Assembly: GCA_964472755.1 (NCBI GenBank)
Contig: CAYYMF010000002.1
Location: 2,927 to 66,926 of the forward strand
DNA: 64,000 bases
Direction: 5' to 3'
From: an uncultured Chitinophagales bacterium
Lineage (GTDB): Bacteria; Bacteroidota; Bacteroidia; Chitinophagales; JADIYW01
Below are positions 45,263 through 54,351 of the stretch, piece after piece (the stretch's first letter is position 1; the number at the start of each line of letters is the position of its first letter). The position numbers and the translations under genes were made by a program. A model generated the notes under the pieces. The model was not told where the DNA came from and searched no databases. It saw nothing but the letters and a program-made list of their open reading frames with translations.

Positions 45263-48142
45263 TTATTGAACTAAGAACGGCACAGTATTTATACCATTCT
45301 TATCTTCCAATTGTAAGAAATACATTCCTTTTCCAAAATTTGCAATTTCTAATTGATGTACTTTTGTATGCTCAGGAATATTTCCATTATATAAAATACG
45401 ACCAGTAATATCAACAATTTGTACTCGAACTGCATCAACATTACTTTTATCTAATTGAATATTCAATCTGTTATTACTTACTGGATTTGGGTAAACAGAG
45501 AAGTTCAATTCTTTATTGATTTTTATAGCATTTGGAGAAGATGTTGTCGTATCATTTTTGTTGACGTTGGTAATAATTACAGTTCTATAACTTGGTCCTG
45601 AAGGACAATTATTAAATGGAATAACTGCAATCCAATATAATTTACCTGCATCTAATCCATTTATAGTAAAAGTAGTATCGTTTGGTCCAGATGAAATATA
45701 ACCAATAGTCGAACTATCTGTATAAGCACCACTAACATTAGTAATTAACTGTCCAACAGTATAATTTTGTCCGTCTGTTGGAGCAACTATAAATGAACTT
45801 GAAGCTCTATAAAGTACTAAATAAGCATCAGCACCACCAACTGCTTTATTGAATTTACCTGATATTGAATTTTTAGTTATATTAGTAAATACCAAGCCTT
45901 CTGGTGCTTGTCCAGGATCATCACAAGATGTTGAACTTTTTGCAGTAGTTGTATCATTTTTATTTACATTATCAATAAATTGAGAACGATATACTTTTCC
46001 TGATGGACAATTTTTATAAGGTATAACAGCAATCCAATAACGAGCATTCTCCACCAAACCAGTAATATTAAAAACTGTATCATTAGGATTTGCAGATACA
46101 AAACCAACATAAGAAGTATCAGTTATCGTACCATTAGTTTTAGTAATCATTTGACCAACAGTATAAGTTTGGTTATTCGTTAAAGTAGTCAAGAAAGATT
46201 TACCTTTTCTATAAATAACAACATAACCATCTGCACCCGTTGCTTTATTAAATGAGCCTGAAATTGAATTTTCAGATACATTGGTAAATAAAAGTTTAGT
46301 GGCTACAGTATCTGGTTGATTACATTCTACAATTACTTCGCAACCATTTCCATTAGGGCCAAATGCCTTTTCAACCCACTCAGGATGGTCAATGTATGGA
46401 TTTCTATTACCTTGTAATTGATAAACAGAGTCATTTCTTGAAATTTCTAAAGAACTAGGTGGGTCAATTTTACTCCAATTTACTAAAGTTTTTAATAACC
46501 ATGGTTCTAATCCTGTAAAAGAAGAATCTGTAAATGGACTTAAAGCATAACGTGTTTTAAATACACTCAAACTATCTTCATATCTGGTAATAAAATATAA
46601 AAATGCACGAGCAAAATCACCTTTATATTGGTCACCTGGTTCAAAAACATCGCCTGTATAACCACTAATATTAGACTTTCCAACTTTTACACCAGCTCCG
46701 TTTGTATAATATGGTGTACTTGTTGTTCCTAAAGGTAAATTTCCTTTCTGAACACTATTTACATAAGCATCAGATGGGTAAATAAAATTCATATCTGAGT
46801 ACATTGGATAGCTATCTCCAGTTCCAAACCAAGAATGAGGCACTAAATGTTCACGATTATAACAATTACATTCGTTAGAAGCTGGGCAGCCTAAATTAGT
46901 TAATAAAGTAAATTGACAAGTAGAATATCTGTCAATAATATATCCATTTACCATATCTGTTTTTCCAAATGCTTCAGGAATTTGATTGTATAGCAAAGCT
47001 GTATGCCCATTAGCAATTCTATTTTTTAGGGCAGTTTTAAATTGCTCACAGGTTAATGATGTATCTAAAGAAGCATAATAAGGATTTGTATTTGGAAAAG
47101 GTTTGGTTTGTATAGTTTGTTTTATGATAGCATTTGTTTTGTACATTGGACCACCAGAACAAGAATCATTAAATGGGAAAAAGAAAAAAGTATAATTGGT
47201 ATTCGCCAATAATTTATCTACTATAAAATGAATATCTGATTCACTTCCAATGTAGGCAACTTTTCCACCACCAAGAGTATCATTTATATTATAAATTGAT
47301 TTATCAATAGGGTTAGCAGTCAAAGTAGTATTTTTTGAATAAACCACTAAAGTTTTTTGGCTATTATTTGCTTTTTTAGCATTAACATCAATTTCAGTAA
47401 TGGCAGAAGTTAGCAAAACACTAGTAACATTATTATTTGGTGTTGTACATACTGCTAAAGTAACTCCAGTAAATGAAACATTCAAATCATCAATAGCTAA
47501 GCCATCATCAGAACCTTTGCTGTCAAAATCTCTCCATTTTATCCAAAAAGTAGCATCAGGAGAAATATTTAACCCTGTAATAGTATAAGTAATTACTTTT
47601 CTATTTGGTGTCATATTACCATCTTTTTTTCCTGTAGGCTGTGTGGTATCAGGTGTTGAAAAATTTAATTGTGGAACACTTGTCCATGTTCCGCTCAATA
47701 AATCTGATGCCCCGATATTATATTGAAAATAAAGCGTATCTACATTTGTGGATCCCAATCTCCATAATTCTCCAGTATAAGAAACCGTAATGGTTTGAAT
47801 ATTTTGAGTAGTATTATTTTTAAACTGCATTCCATACATAATATTTTTTGCAGATGCATTACTTGAAGCTATAGAACCTAATGCTCTATCTACATCGTTG
47901 TTAAGTCCATAACTATAAATACCGCCAGAAGTAGACGATCCTACATCAATTTTATAAACCATAGGATTGGTTGACACATTAATTTGCCAATTTGGAGGTA
48001 AAGAACTTGAGGTCGCACCTGTTGATGCTAAGCTATTAAAATTTTGGGAATAAATTACAGATAAATCAGTTATAGATTGTTGTGCATTTGTTCCAAAAAA
48101 GATTAATAGTAAAAGATTAAATAGTAAAATTCTACAATTCAT
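45263..48142 (-). CDS. Secreted multidomain nuclease: N-terminal beta-sandwich regions, an endonuclease I domain, two FN3-like repeats and a T9SS type A C-terminal sorting domain
   Basis: Endonuclease I motifs are present: YNREHLVPHSWF, DMNFIYPSDAYVNSVQKGNLPLG, FEPGDQYKGDFARAFLYFITRY and GNRNPYIDHPEW. The C-terminus is NFSVYPNPVSNNRLNIQL...GMYFLQLEDKNG, the Por_Secre_tail type. The signal peptide MNCRILLFNLLLLIFFGTNAQ begins at the ATG at 48142; the track used TTG 48148. Confidence 0.85.
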   Translation of the reverse strand: MNCRILLFNLLLLIFFGTNAQQSITDLSVIYSQNFNSLASTGATSSSLPPNWQINVSTNPMVYKIDVGSSTSGGIYSYGLNNDVDRALGSIASSNASAKNIMYGMQFKNNTTQNIQTITVSYTGELWRLGSTNVDTLYFQYNIGASDLLSGTWTSVPQLNFSTPDTTQPTGKKDGNMTPNRKVITYTITGLNISPDATFWIKWRDFDSKGSDDGLAIDDLNVSFTGVTLAVCTTPNNNVTSVLLTSAITEIDVNAKKANNSQKTLVVYSKNTTLTANPIDKSIYNINDTLGGGKVAYIGSESDIHFIVDKLLANTNYTFFFFPFNDSCSGGPMYKTNAIIKQTIQTKPFPNTNPYYASLDTSLTCEQFKTALKNRIANGHTALLYNQIPEAFGKTDMVNGYIIDRYSTCQFTLLTNLGCPASNECNCYNREHLVPHSWFGTGDSYPMYSDMNFIYPSDAYVNSVQKGNLPLGTTSTPYYTNGAGVKVGKSNISGYTGDVFEPGDQYKGDFARAFLYFITRYEDSLSVFKTRYALSPFTDSSFTGLEPWLLKTLVNWSKIDPPSSLEISRNDSVYQLQGNRNPYIDHPEWVEKAFGPNGNGCEVIVECNQPDTVATKLLFTNVSENSISGSFNKATGADGYVVIYRKGKSFLTTLTNNQTYTVGQMITKTNGTITDTSYVGFVSANPNDTVFNITGLVENARYWIAVIPYKNCPSGKVYRSQFIDNVNKNDTTTAKSSTSCDDPGQAPEGLVFTNITKNSISGKFNKAVGGADAYLVLYRASSSFIVAPTDGQNYTVGQLITNVSGAYTDSSTIGYISSGPNDTTFTINGLDAGKLYWIAVIPFNNCPSGPSYRTVIITNVNKNDTTTSSPNAIKINKELNFSVYPNPVSNNRLNIQLDKSNVDAVRVQIVDITGRILYNGNIPEHTKVHQLEIANFGKGMYFLQLEDKNGINTVPFLVQ
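45530..46306 (-). repeat. Tandem intragenic duplication encoding two FN3-like modules (about 133 and 126 aa)
   Basis: Copy 1 reads VATKLLFTNVSENSISGSFNKATGADGYVVIYRK...YWIAVIPYKNCPSGKVYRS...NVNKNDTTT. Copy 2 reads APEGLVFTNITKNSISGKFNKAVGGADAYLVLYRA...YWIAVIPFNNCPSGPSYRT...NVNKNDTTT. Confidence 0.85.
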
Positions 48143-48158
48143 ATACAATAATTTTACT

Positions 48159-48166
48159 CAAAAGTA
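48159..48166 (-). promoter_or_regulatory. Candidate -7 promoter box (TACTTTTG on the minus strand) for the nuclease gene
   Basis: The plus strand reads caaaagta, 17 nt upstream of the ATG at 48142. Confidence 0.4.
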
Positions 48167-48230
48167 CAAAACAAATATTAATCTTATAAAATAAGTTATG
48201 CACTTATTTTCAATCTATTAAGTTAATAAT

Positions 48231-48995
48231 TTAAAAACCTTTAGGCTGAACAATAAAATACGGATTCAATAAATTTTCTCTATTATAAATTAAAGGTTGC
48301 TCGGTTTCCCAAACTAAAACCTCCGCTCCTGCTTCAGTAGCGATAAGTTGTCCAGCAGCTGTATCCCATTCCATAGTTGGTCCTAAGCGTGGATAAACGT
48401 CTGCTTTATCTTCAGCAATAAGACAAAATTTTAGTGAACTACCTGCGGCAACAAATTCTACATTTTTAAATTTGCTATTTTGCTCTTCAACATAAGCTAA
48501 TAATTCAGGCGTTTGATGAGAGCGACTTCCTACTATTCTGATTGTATCTGTGATGTTATCGTTTATTTTTAATGCTTTTGTAGTCGAATTTTCAATCACA
48601 AAAGAACCACTTCCTTTTTCTGCATAAAAAATTTTATTTTGAGCAGGTACACCTAAGACACTTAATATAGGTTCTCCATTTTCAATTAAAGCAATATTAA
48701 CCGTAAATTCACCATTTTTCTTTATAAACTCTTTAGTTCCATCAATTGGGTCAACTAACCAACATTTTAACCATTTTTTTCTTTCTGAATAGTCAATCAG
48801 TTTATTTTCCTCAGAAATTATAGGAATTTGTGGGGTTAATTGTTTTAAAGCCTCCACAATAATTTGATTAGAAACTTTATCAGCATCTGTTAGTGGTGAT
48901 TTATCGTCTTTATATTCAATTGAAAAATCTTTGTGGTAAATTTCCAAAATAGCATTACCTGCTTGCTCAGCAATCTTAATAATTTCTTGTATCAT
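48231..48995 (-). CDS. cysQ: 3'(2'),5'-bisphosphate nucleotidase (inositol monophosphatase superfamily)
   Basis: 254 aa with ISEE, WLVDPIDGTKEF and WDTAAG motifs. Its ATG overlaps the rfbC TGA (ATGA). Confidence 0.8.
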   Translation of the reverse strand: MIQEIIKIAEQAGNAILEIYHKDFSIEYKDDKSPLTDADKVSNQIIVEALKQLTPQIPIISEENKLIDYSERKKWLKCWLVDPIDGTKEFIKKNGEFTVNIALIENGEPILSVLGVPAQNKIFYAEKGSGSFVIENSTTKALKINDNITDTIRIVGSRSHQTPELLAYVEEQNSKFKNVEFVAAGSSLKFCLIAEDKADVYPRLGPTMEWDTAAGQLIATEAGAEVLVWETEQPLIYNRENLLNPYFIVQPKGF

Positions 48996-49570
48996 AAAGT
49001 ATTTGTATATTTTTCAAATGGAAAATCAAAGGTAGTATCTTTTACTAAGGGAAGATTTTTATCTTTTTCACTAATAATATAATTGGCAGCTTCAAAATTA
49101 CCCCAATCAATATTTAGAGATAGATCATTAAAATACACGCCACCATCAGCTTCCTTATTATAAAATGCATCGCATTTATATAAAAACTCACAAGTTTCAG
49201 TGGTTACTAAGAAACCATGTGCAAATCCTTTGGGTATTAATAATTGTTTTTTATTTTCAGCAGACAACTCAATAGAAAATGATTGCAAATAAGTTGGGGA
49301 ACCAATTCTTAAATCTACTGCAACGTCAATTACACTACCTTGAATAACACGTACTAATTTTGTTTGAGCATGTATTCCATTTTGAAAATGCAGTCCTCTT
49401 AAAACTCCAAAAGTAGATTTTGAATGATTGTCTTGTACAAAATCAAAATTAAATCCAGCATCAATAAACTTTTGTTGGTTATAGCTTTCATAGAAAAATC
49501 CACGTTCATCTTCAAATATGGTAGGTTCAATAATTAATAAATCAGGAATATTAGTTGGTGTTATTTTCAT
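48992..49570 (-). CDS. rfbC: dTDP-4-dehydrorhamnose 3,5-epimerase
   Basis: 192 aa with FEDERGFF, RGLHFQ, QTKLVRV and GFAHGF motifs. Confidence 0.9.
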   Translation of the reverse strand: MKITPTNIPDLLIIEPTIFEDERGFFYESYNQQKFIDAGFNFDFVQDNHSKSTFGVLRGLHFQNGIHAQTKLVRVIQGSVIDVAVDLRIGSPTYLQSFSIELSAENKKQLLIPKGFAHGFLVTTETCEFLYKCDAFYNKEADGGVYFNDLSLNIDWGNFEAANYIISEKDKNLPLVKDTTFDFPFEKYTNTL

Positions 49571-50624
49571 TTTTATTTCTTACTTTTATAATTTTCAGTT
49601 TAAGGTCTTGCCAATAATAATATTTAAAGAATAGAAAAACTATTGCTAGAATATTTATAACGATAGCAATTGCTATATATAATGCATAAATTGTTAGTGT
49701 TGATTTAGGTGTTGATTTTAATGGAAGATGAGGAGCATCAATTACTTGAAATAAAGGTGTAATTGCCGTCAAATTCGTTTTTGCCATTTCTAATTTAACT
49801 GATGATTCCATAAAATCATTTTCTAATAACAATTTTGTACGATTATATTTAATTTCTTCTAACTCAGCTTTATAAGTAACTAAATTATTGGCTCTATCTT
49901 TATACTCTGCCAAATTAAATTCAGATTTTTCTAAATCTACTTTTAATTGGTCAACTCTTTTTTGCAAGAACTGAACTGCTGACGATTCTTTTTTGGTAGA
50001 ACGTTCAATATAATAATCTATTAAATTTTCATAAAAAGCTTCACAAAGTAAAAGTGTAAAATTTTCATCTATAGTTTTTACAGTAATATAATAAATTTCA
50101 GCATTGATGTTATTTTCAATTGATACAGATTCTTTAATTGCAGCAATGACTCGTTTAAAAATACTATATTCTTGCGTATTTAAAGAAGCTACATCTGTGA
50201 AAGATTTAAAATAACTTTCTTTGTATCCAACAAAGATTTTCAGATAATGATTAATCAAATAATCTTCTTGTCCATTGTAATAATATTCTTTAAATAATAA
50301 CTTAGAACCTACTCTTTCGGTAAAAGAATATTCTCTTAATTTATTTGGACTACTAAATGAAAAGCCTTGTTGCGTAATTGTCGCAGAACCATAAGAAATT
50401 TGGGGTCTATCTTCAGATAAAGAAAATGAAATTGTAGCAGAATACTCAGTAGATAATTGTTGAGATTTTTTGTAAGCATACAAAAAAGCTAATAACAATG
50501 GAATACAAAGAAGAATAAAATATCTTTTAATAATAAAAAAAAACTTATTCCCAAATTCAAGAATTTGATTTAAAGAATCGTCTTCCTCTTTTACAAGGAT
50601 TTTTATTTCATCATTATCTTCCAA
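49551..50624 (-). CDS. Polysaccharide co-polymerase / chain-length determinant (Wzz-like) without a kinase domain
   Basis: 357 aa with an N-terminal TM (FFFIIKRYFILLCIPLLLAFLYAY), a coiled-coil periplasmic region and a C-terminal TM (IYALYIAIAIVINILAIVFLFF). TTG start directly after the upstream stop. Confidence 0.65.
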   Translation of the reverse strand: MEDNDEIKILVKEEDDSLNQILEFGNKFFFIIKRYFILLCIPLLLAFLYAYKKSQQLSTEYSATISFSLSEDRPQISYGSATITQQGFSFSSPNKLREYSFTERVGSKLLFKEYYYNGQEDYLINHYLKIFVGYKESYFKSFTDVASLNTQEYSIFKRVIAAIKESVSIENNINAEIYYITVKTIDENFTLLLCEAFYENLIDYYIERSTKKESSAVQFLQKRVDQLKVDLEKSEFNLAEYKDRANNLVTYKAELEEIKYNRTKLLLENDFMESSVKLEMAKTNLTAITPLFQVIDAPHLPLKSTPKSTLTIYALYIAIAIVINILAIVFLFFKYYYWQDLKLKIIKVRNKNENNTN

Positions 50625-53294
50625 CTATTTCTTAATTAAGGACATTAATAGTATTGTGGTTGTAATAGCTGATGCAATAGTACCAACCATTATGTTTATA
50701 GTTTTTACTGCATTATATCTCTCTTCTGAGCCGACATTTTTTTCTTTCTCTTTCTTTTTTTTCTTAGGTTCTTTAGCAGGAATAGTTATAATAGAACCTT
50801 TTTCTATACTTGACCTTCTCCCTTTTTGCACTCTTCCATTTGCAGCAGTAACATAAGTATTTAAACGTTTAGCATTTTTACCAAATCCTGCACCATAAGT
50901 TTTGATATAATATCTAAAATTTTTACCTGATGAAAAAGGCATATATAAACTTTCAGGTTTTGTTTTAGACGGATAGTTATATTCTCCTTGCAACATGACT
51001 AAATCTATTTCAGTTGGAATTACAATGGAGTCTCCTTTATTCAAAATATAATTAAATTTAGAATTTTTACGTTTGATTGCTTTATCCAAATCCATTAAAA
51101 CGTATCCAATACCATCAGTTTTCCTGAATAATCTAGCTCCTTTAGGATAAGCAAATCTAGTTAAACCTCCCGCTCTATCAATTAAAGATGTGAGTTTCTC
51201 ATCTTTAGAAACCAACACATAATCTCCTGGATACATCACTTCACCTAAAACAGAAACCTTAGTTTGGAATTCAAATTCAGGTGTTGGTCTAACAAATATT
51301 TGATCGTATGGTTGAAGTAGTGTAGAATTTGCCAGTTCATCTGTTCCAATATTTTTACCAATACTAAAACTCAATATTGACATCTGAGTTGGAACAGATT
51401 GTGCTATCGCTTTATCAAAATTTGCAACTCTAGCAATTTCTATACGATTAGATGCGGCTTCCATTTTAAATCCATCAGCTAAGATAATTGCATCAGCCAA
51501 GGTCATATTTTCGTGATATGAAAATACACCAGGTTTTCTTACCATTCCATTGACTTCAACATTGTACTTATCTAATTTAGACAAATCTTTTTTTACAATA
51601 ATTCTATCTCTTTTTTGGAGTTTTATTGAATCTAGTGAAGCATAATTATTCGTTGTATCAATTTTTAAAGAAAGCATTTCATCTGCTAAATATTCATTTA
51701 CACGATAAATTATAATCTTATCTAAAAAAGCAAAATCTGTAAAACCACCACTCATCATAACAGCATCTCTCAGAGTCATCTCTTTTTCAAGAGAAAACTT
51801 TCTTGGCATTCTAACTTCTCCAGTTATTGAAATACTAAAAGTATCTAAGAAATAAGTTTTAGAATAAGTTTCAATTTCATCTCTAATTTGAAGAACCATA
51901 TTGTCTGGAGAACTAGGTTCATTCATAACATTGTTTAAATTGATTTTAAAAATATTTTTCCGACCATCATCAATATTTGTTCTAACCAAATAGGCTTCAT
52001 CCATGTAAATATCATCTTTTAATCCCTGTGCTTTTAAGATGATATCTTTTACTTTGAATCCATTTACTAATTCGTATTTCCCTGGTAACATCACAGAGCC
52101 TTTGATTTCAACAAAGTTTTTTAATGGCTCAGGAATTGCTCGGATAAGTACTTCATCTCCATTGAACAACTCCAATTGTTTTCCAAGAGCTTTTAAGCTA
52201 TCTAGATTGAAATCTAAAATAACCGTAGAATTTTCTAAATATCTTTTTACTTGAACAACTGTTTTAAAAGCATTAGGCTTGAAACCACCACAAAAACCTA
52301 ATAAATTAGTTAAAGTTTCTCCAGCTAACAACTCATATTTCCCCGGCTTATTAATTTCTCCTACAATTTTTACAATGTTTTTTTGGAGCGGCACATAGAT
52401 GTAATCATTATTGTTTAAGAAGATATCTCCTTGTTTTTCTGGCTCAAACAAAAATTTATATAAATCAAATCTTTGATAAATCTTACCATCTCTTTTAATT
52501 TGAATATCTCTAAGCGAACCTGATTTTGACGGACCACCCACATAAGTTAAAATATTATAGGCTGTATTGATTGCTGGAAATGTATATGAACCAGGATTTT
52601 CAACATCACCAACTACATTGATTGTAATTACTCTAGAATAATTTATAGATACATCAAAATTAGATTTGTCAATCATATAAGCATTAGAGAATCGTGTTTT
52701 TAATAACTCTTTTGCTTGTTCCAAAGTCAAGCCTTTTAAATATACTCTACCTATATTTTCTTGTTGGATATAACCATCTTTATCAATATAAAATAATCGG
52801 TTATAATCTGCGTATCCCCATATTGATACCACAATCTGGTCTCCAACTCCTAGAACATAGTTTAAAGGAGGTTTTATATCTACTGCATTATTAAAAAGTT
52901 TTATTTCTTTTTTTCTAAAGAATTCAAATCCAAAAATATCGACGGTATCCAAACCTTCTCTTAATTCTAATGTTGCCGTTTCTGTTAATTTCTCAACGGT
53001 TTCTGTTGCTTTTTGTGCTTCATTTAATAATTTGTCAGGTGCATTTTTATCAACACCTATCATATTTGGTGTGGGTGCTATTTGTTTTAGTTTATCTTCT
53101 GCAAGACGTGTGTCTTCCATTTTCACTTTACCTTGTCTGATATTTAATGTATCTTCTATTTGTTTGATAATATCTTGGACACTAGGTTTGTCATCTTCAG
53201 GTGGTGGTGTGAATGAGATAATTTGGGCATTTGTAGTAAAATTTAAAACAAGTACCAGCACAGCAAAAAGGTAGCTTTTTTTCAAAAAATCCAT
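50625..53294 (-). CDS. Polysaccharide export outer-membrane protein (Wza-like, Poly_export domain plus multiple SLBB domains)
   Basis: 889 aa with a signal peptide and the Poly_export motif YVLGVGDQIVVSIWGY. Repeated SLBB-like modules occur (V.V.GEV..PG.Y.l). A C-terminal Lys-rich linker and a hydrophobic helix follow. Confidence 0.8.
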   Translation of the reverse strand: MDFLKKSYLFAVLVLVLNFTTNAQIISFTPPPEDDKPSVQDIIKQIEDTLNIRQGKVKMEDTRLAEDKLKQIAPTPNMIGVDKNAPDKLLNEAQKATETVEKLTETATLELREGLDTVDIFGFEFFRKKEIKLFNNAVDIKPPLNYVLGVGDQIVVSIWGYADYNRLFYIDKDGYIQQENIGRVYLKGLTLEQAKELLKTRFSNAYMIDKSNFDVSINYSRVITINVVGDVENPGSYTFPAINTAYNILTYVGGPSKSGSLRDIQIKRDGKIYQRFDLYKFLFEPEKQGDIFLNNNDYIYVPLQKNIVKIVGEINKPGKYELLAGETLTNLLGFCGGFKPNAFKTVVQVKRYLENSTVILDFNLDSLKALGKQLELFNGDEVLIRAIPEPLKNFVEIKGSVMLPGKYELVNGFKVKDIILKAQGLKDDIYMDEAYLVRTNIDDGRKNIFKINLNNVMNEPSSPDNMVLQIRDEIETYSKTYFLDTFSISITGEVRMPRKFSLEKEMTLRDAVMMSGGFTDFAFLDKIIIYRVNEYLADEMLSLKIDTTNNYASLDSIKLQKRDRIIVKKDLSKLDKYNVEVNGMVRKPGVFSYHENMTLADAIILADGFKMEAASNRIEIARVANFDKAIAQSVPTQMSILSFSIGKNIGTDELANSTLLQPYDQIFVRPTPEFEFQTKVSVLGEVMYPGDYVLVSKDEKLTSLIDRAGGLTRFAYPKGARLFRKTDGIGYVLMDLDKAIKRKNSKFNYILNKGDSIVIPTEIDLVMLQGEYNYPSKTKPESLYMPFSSGKNFRYYIKTYGAGFGKNAKRLNTYVTAANGRVQKGRRSSIEKGSIITIPAKEPKKKKKEKEKNVGSEERYNAVKTINIMVGTIASAITTTILLMSLIKK

Positions 53295-53295
53295 A

Positions 53296-54351
53296 CTATA
53301 TTGTTTCGTATTGGGTTATATAATAGTTTTGATAGTTTCCTGAAGTAACATTATTCAACCATTCTTCATTGGACAAATACCAATCTATTGTTTTACTCAA
53401 ACCTTCTTCAAATTGTAAGGAAGGCGACCATCCCAACTCTTGATTAAGTTTGGTAGCATCAATAGCATACCTTTTATCGTGTCCTGGTCTATCTTTTATA
53501 TAGGTAATTAAAGTTTCAGAAGTGCCTTGAGGTTGATTTAATTTATCGTCCATTAATTTGCAAAGTACTTTTATTAAATCAATATTTTGCCATTCATTAA
53601 ATCCACCAATATTATAGGTTTCTCCCAATTTCCCTCTATGAAAAATCAAATCAATCGCTTTTGCATGATCTTCTACCCAAAGCCAATCTCTTGTATATTT
53701 TCCATCACCATAAATTGGAAGTGGCTTTTTATTTTTAATATTATTGATAAAAAGTGGTATCAATTTTTCAGGAAATTGATTAGCTCCATAATTATTGGAA
53801 CAATTTGAAATCACTATTGGCAAACCGTAAGTATTTTCATACGCACGTACAAATTGGTCAGAACTTGCTTTTGATGCAGAATACGGAGAGCGTGGATCAT
53901 AAGGCGTCGTTTCTAAAAACAACCCAGTTTCTCCAAGAGATCCATACACTTCATCTGTTGAAACATGATAAAAAAGTTTATCATTAAAATTATCTTTCCA
54001 TGCAGTTTTTGCAGCATTTAATAAATTCACTGTTCCAACAACATTGGTCATTATAAAATCTAAAGGATTGGAAATTGATCTATCTACATGTGATTCAGCT
54101 GCTAAATGAATAACACTATCAATTGGATAGTTTGTAAAAATTTCATTCATTTTATCAGCATCAACAATATCTGCTTTAATGAAGCTATAGTTAGGTTTAT
54201 TTTCAATATCTTTTAAGTTTTCTAGATTTCCTGCATAAGTCAGATTATCTAAATTTAGAATTTGATAATCAGGATATTTATTTACAAATAACCTTACTAC
54301 ATGAGACCCAATAAATCCGGCACCACCAGTAATTAAAATTGTCTTTTTCAT
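53296..54351 (-). CDS. rfbB: dTDP-glucose 4,6-dehydratase
   Basis: It has ILITGGAGFIGSHVV, STDEVYG and the YSASKASSD catalytic triad context. The ATG at 54351 (MKKTILITGG) shares 1 nt with the upstream stop; the track used TTG 54363. Confidence 0.92.
   Translation of the reverse strand: MKKTILITGGAGFIGSHVVRLFVNKYPDYQILNLDNLTYAGNLENLKDIENKPNYSFIKADIVDADKMNEIFTNYPIDSVIHLAAESHVDRSISNPLDFIMTNVVGTVNLLNAAKTAWKDNFNDKLFYHVSTDEVYGSLGETGLFLETTPYDPRSPYSASKASSDQFVRAYENTYGLPIVISNCSNNYGANQFPEKLIPLFINNIKNKKPLPIYGDGKYTRDWLWVEDHAKAIDLIFHRGKLGETYNIGGFNEWQNIDLIKVLCKLMDDKLNQPQGTSETLITYIKDRPGHDKRYAIDATKLNQELGWSPSLQFEEGLSKTIDWYLSNEEWLNNVTSGNYQNYYITQYETI

Noticed and set aside
50656-53274. Plus-strand ORFs inside the wza-like gene (50656..50856, 52039..52254, 52694..52894, 53032..53274)
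   Set aside because: They are shadow frames of an 889-aa gene with clear Poly_export/SLBB motifs.
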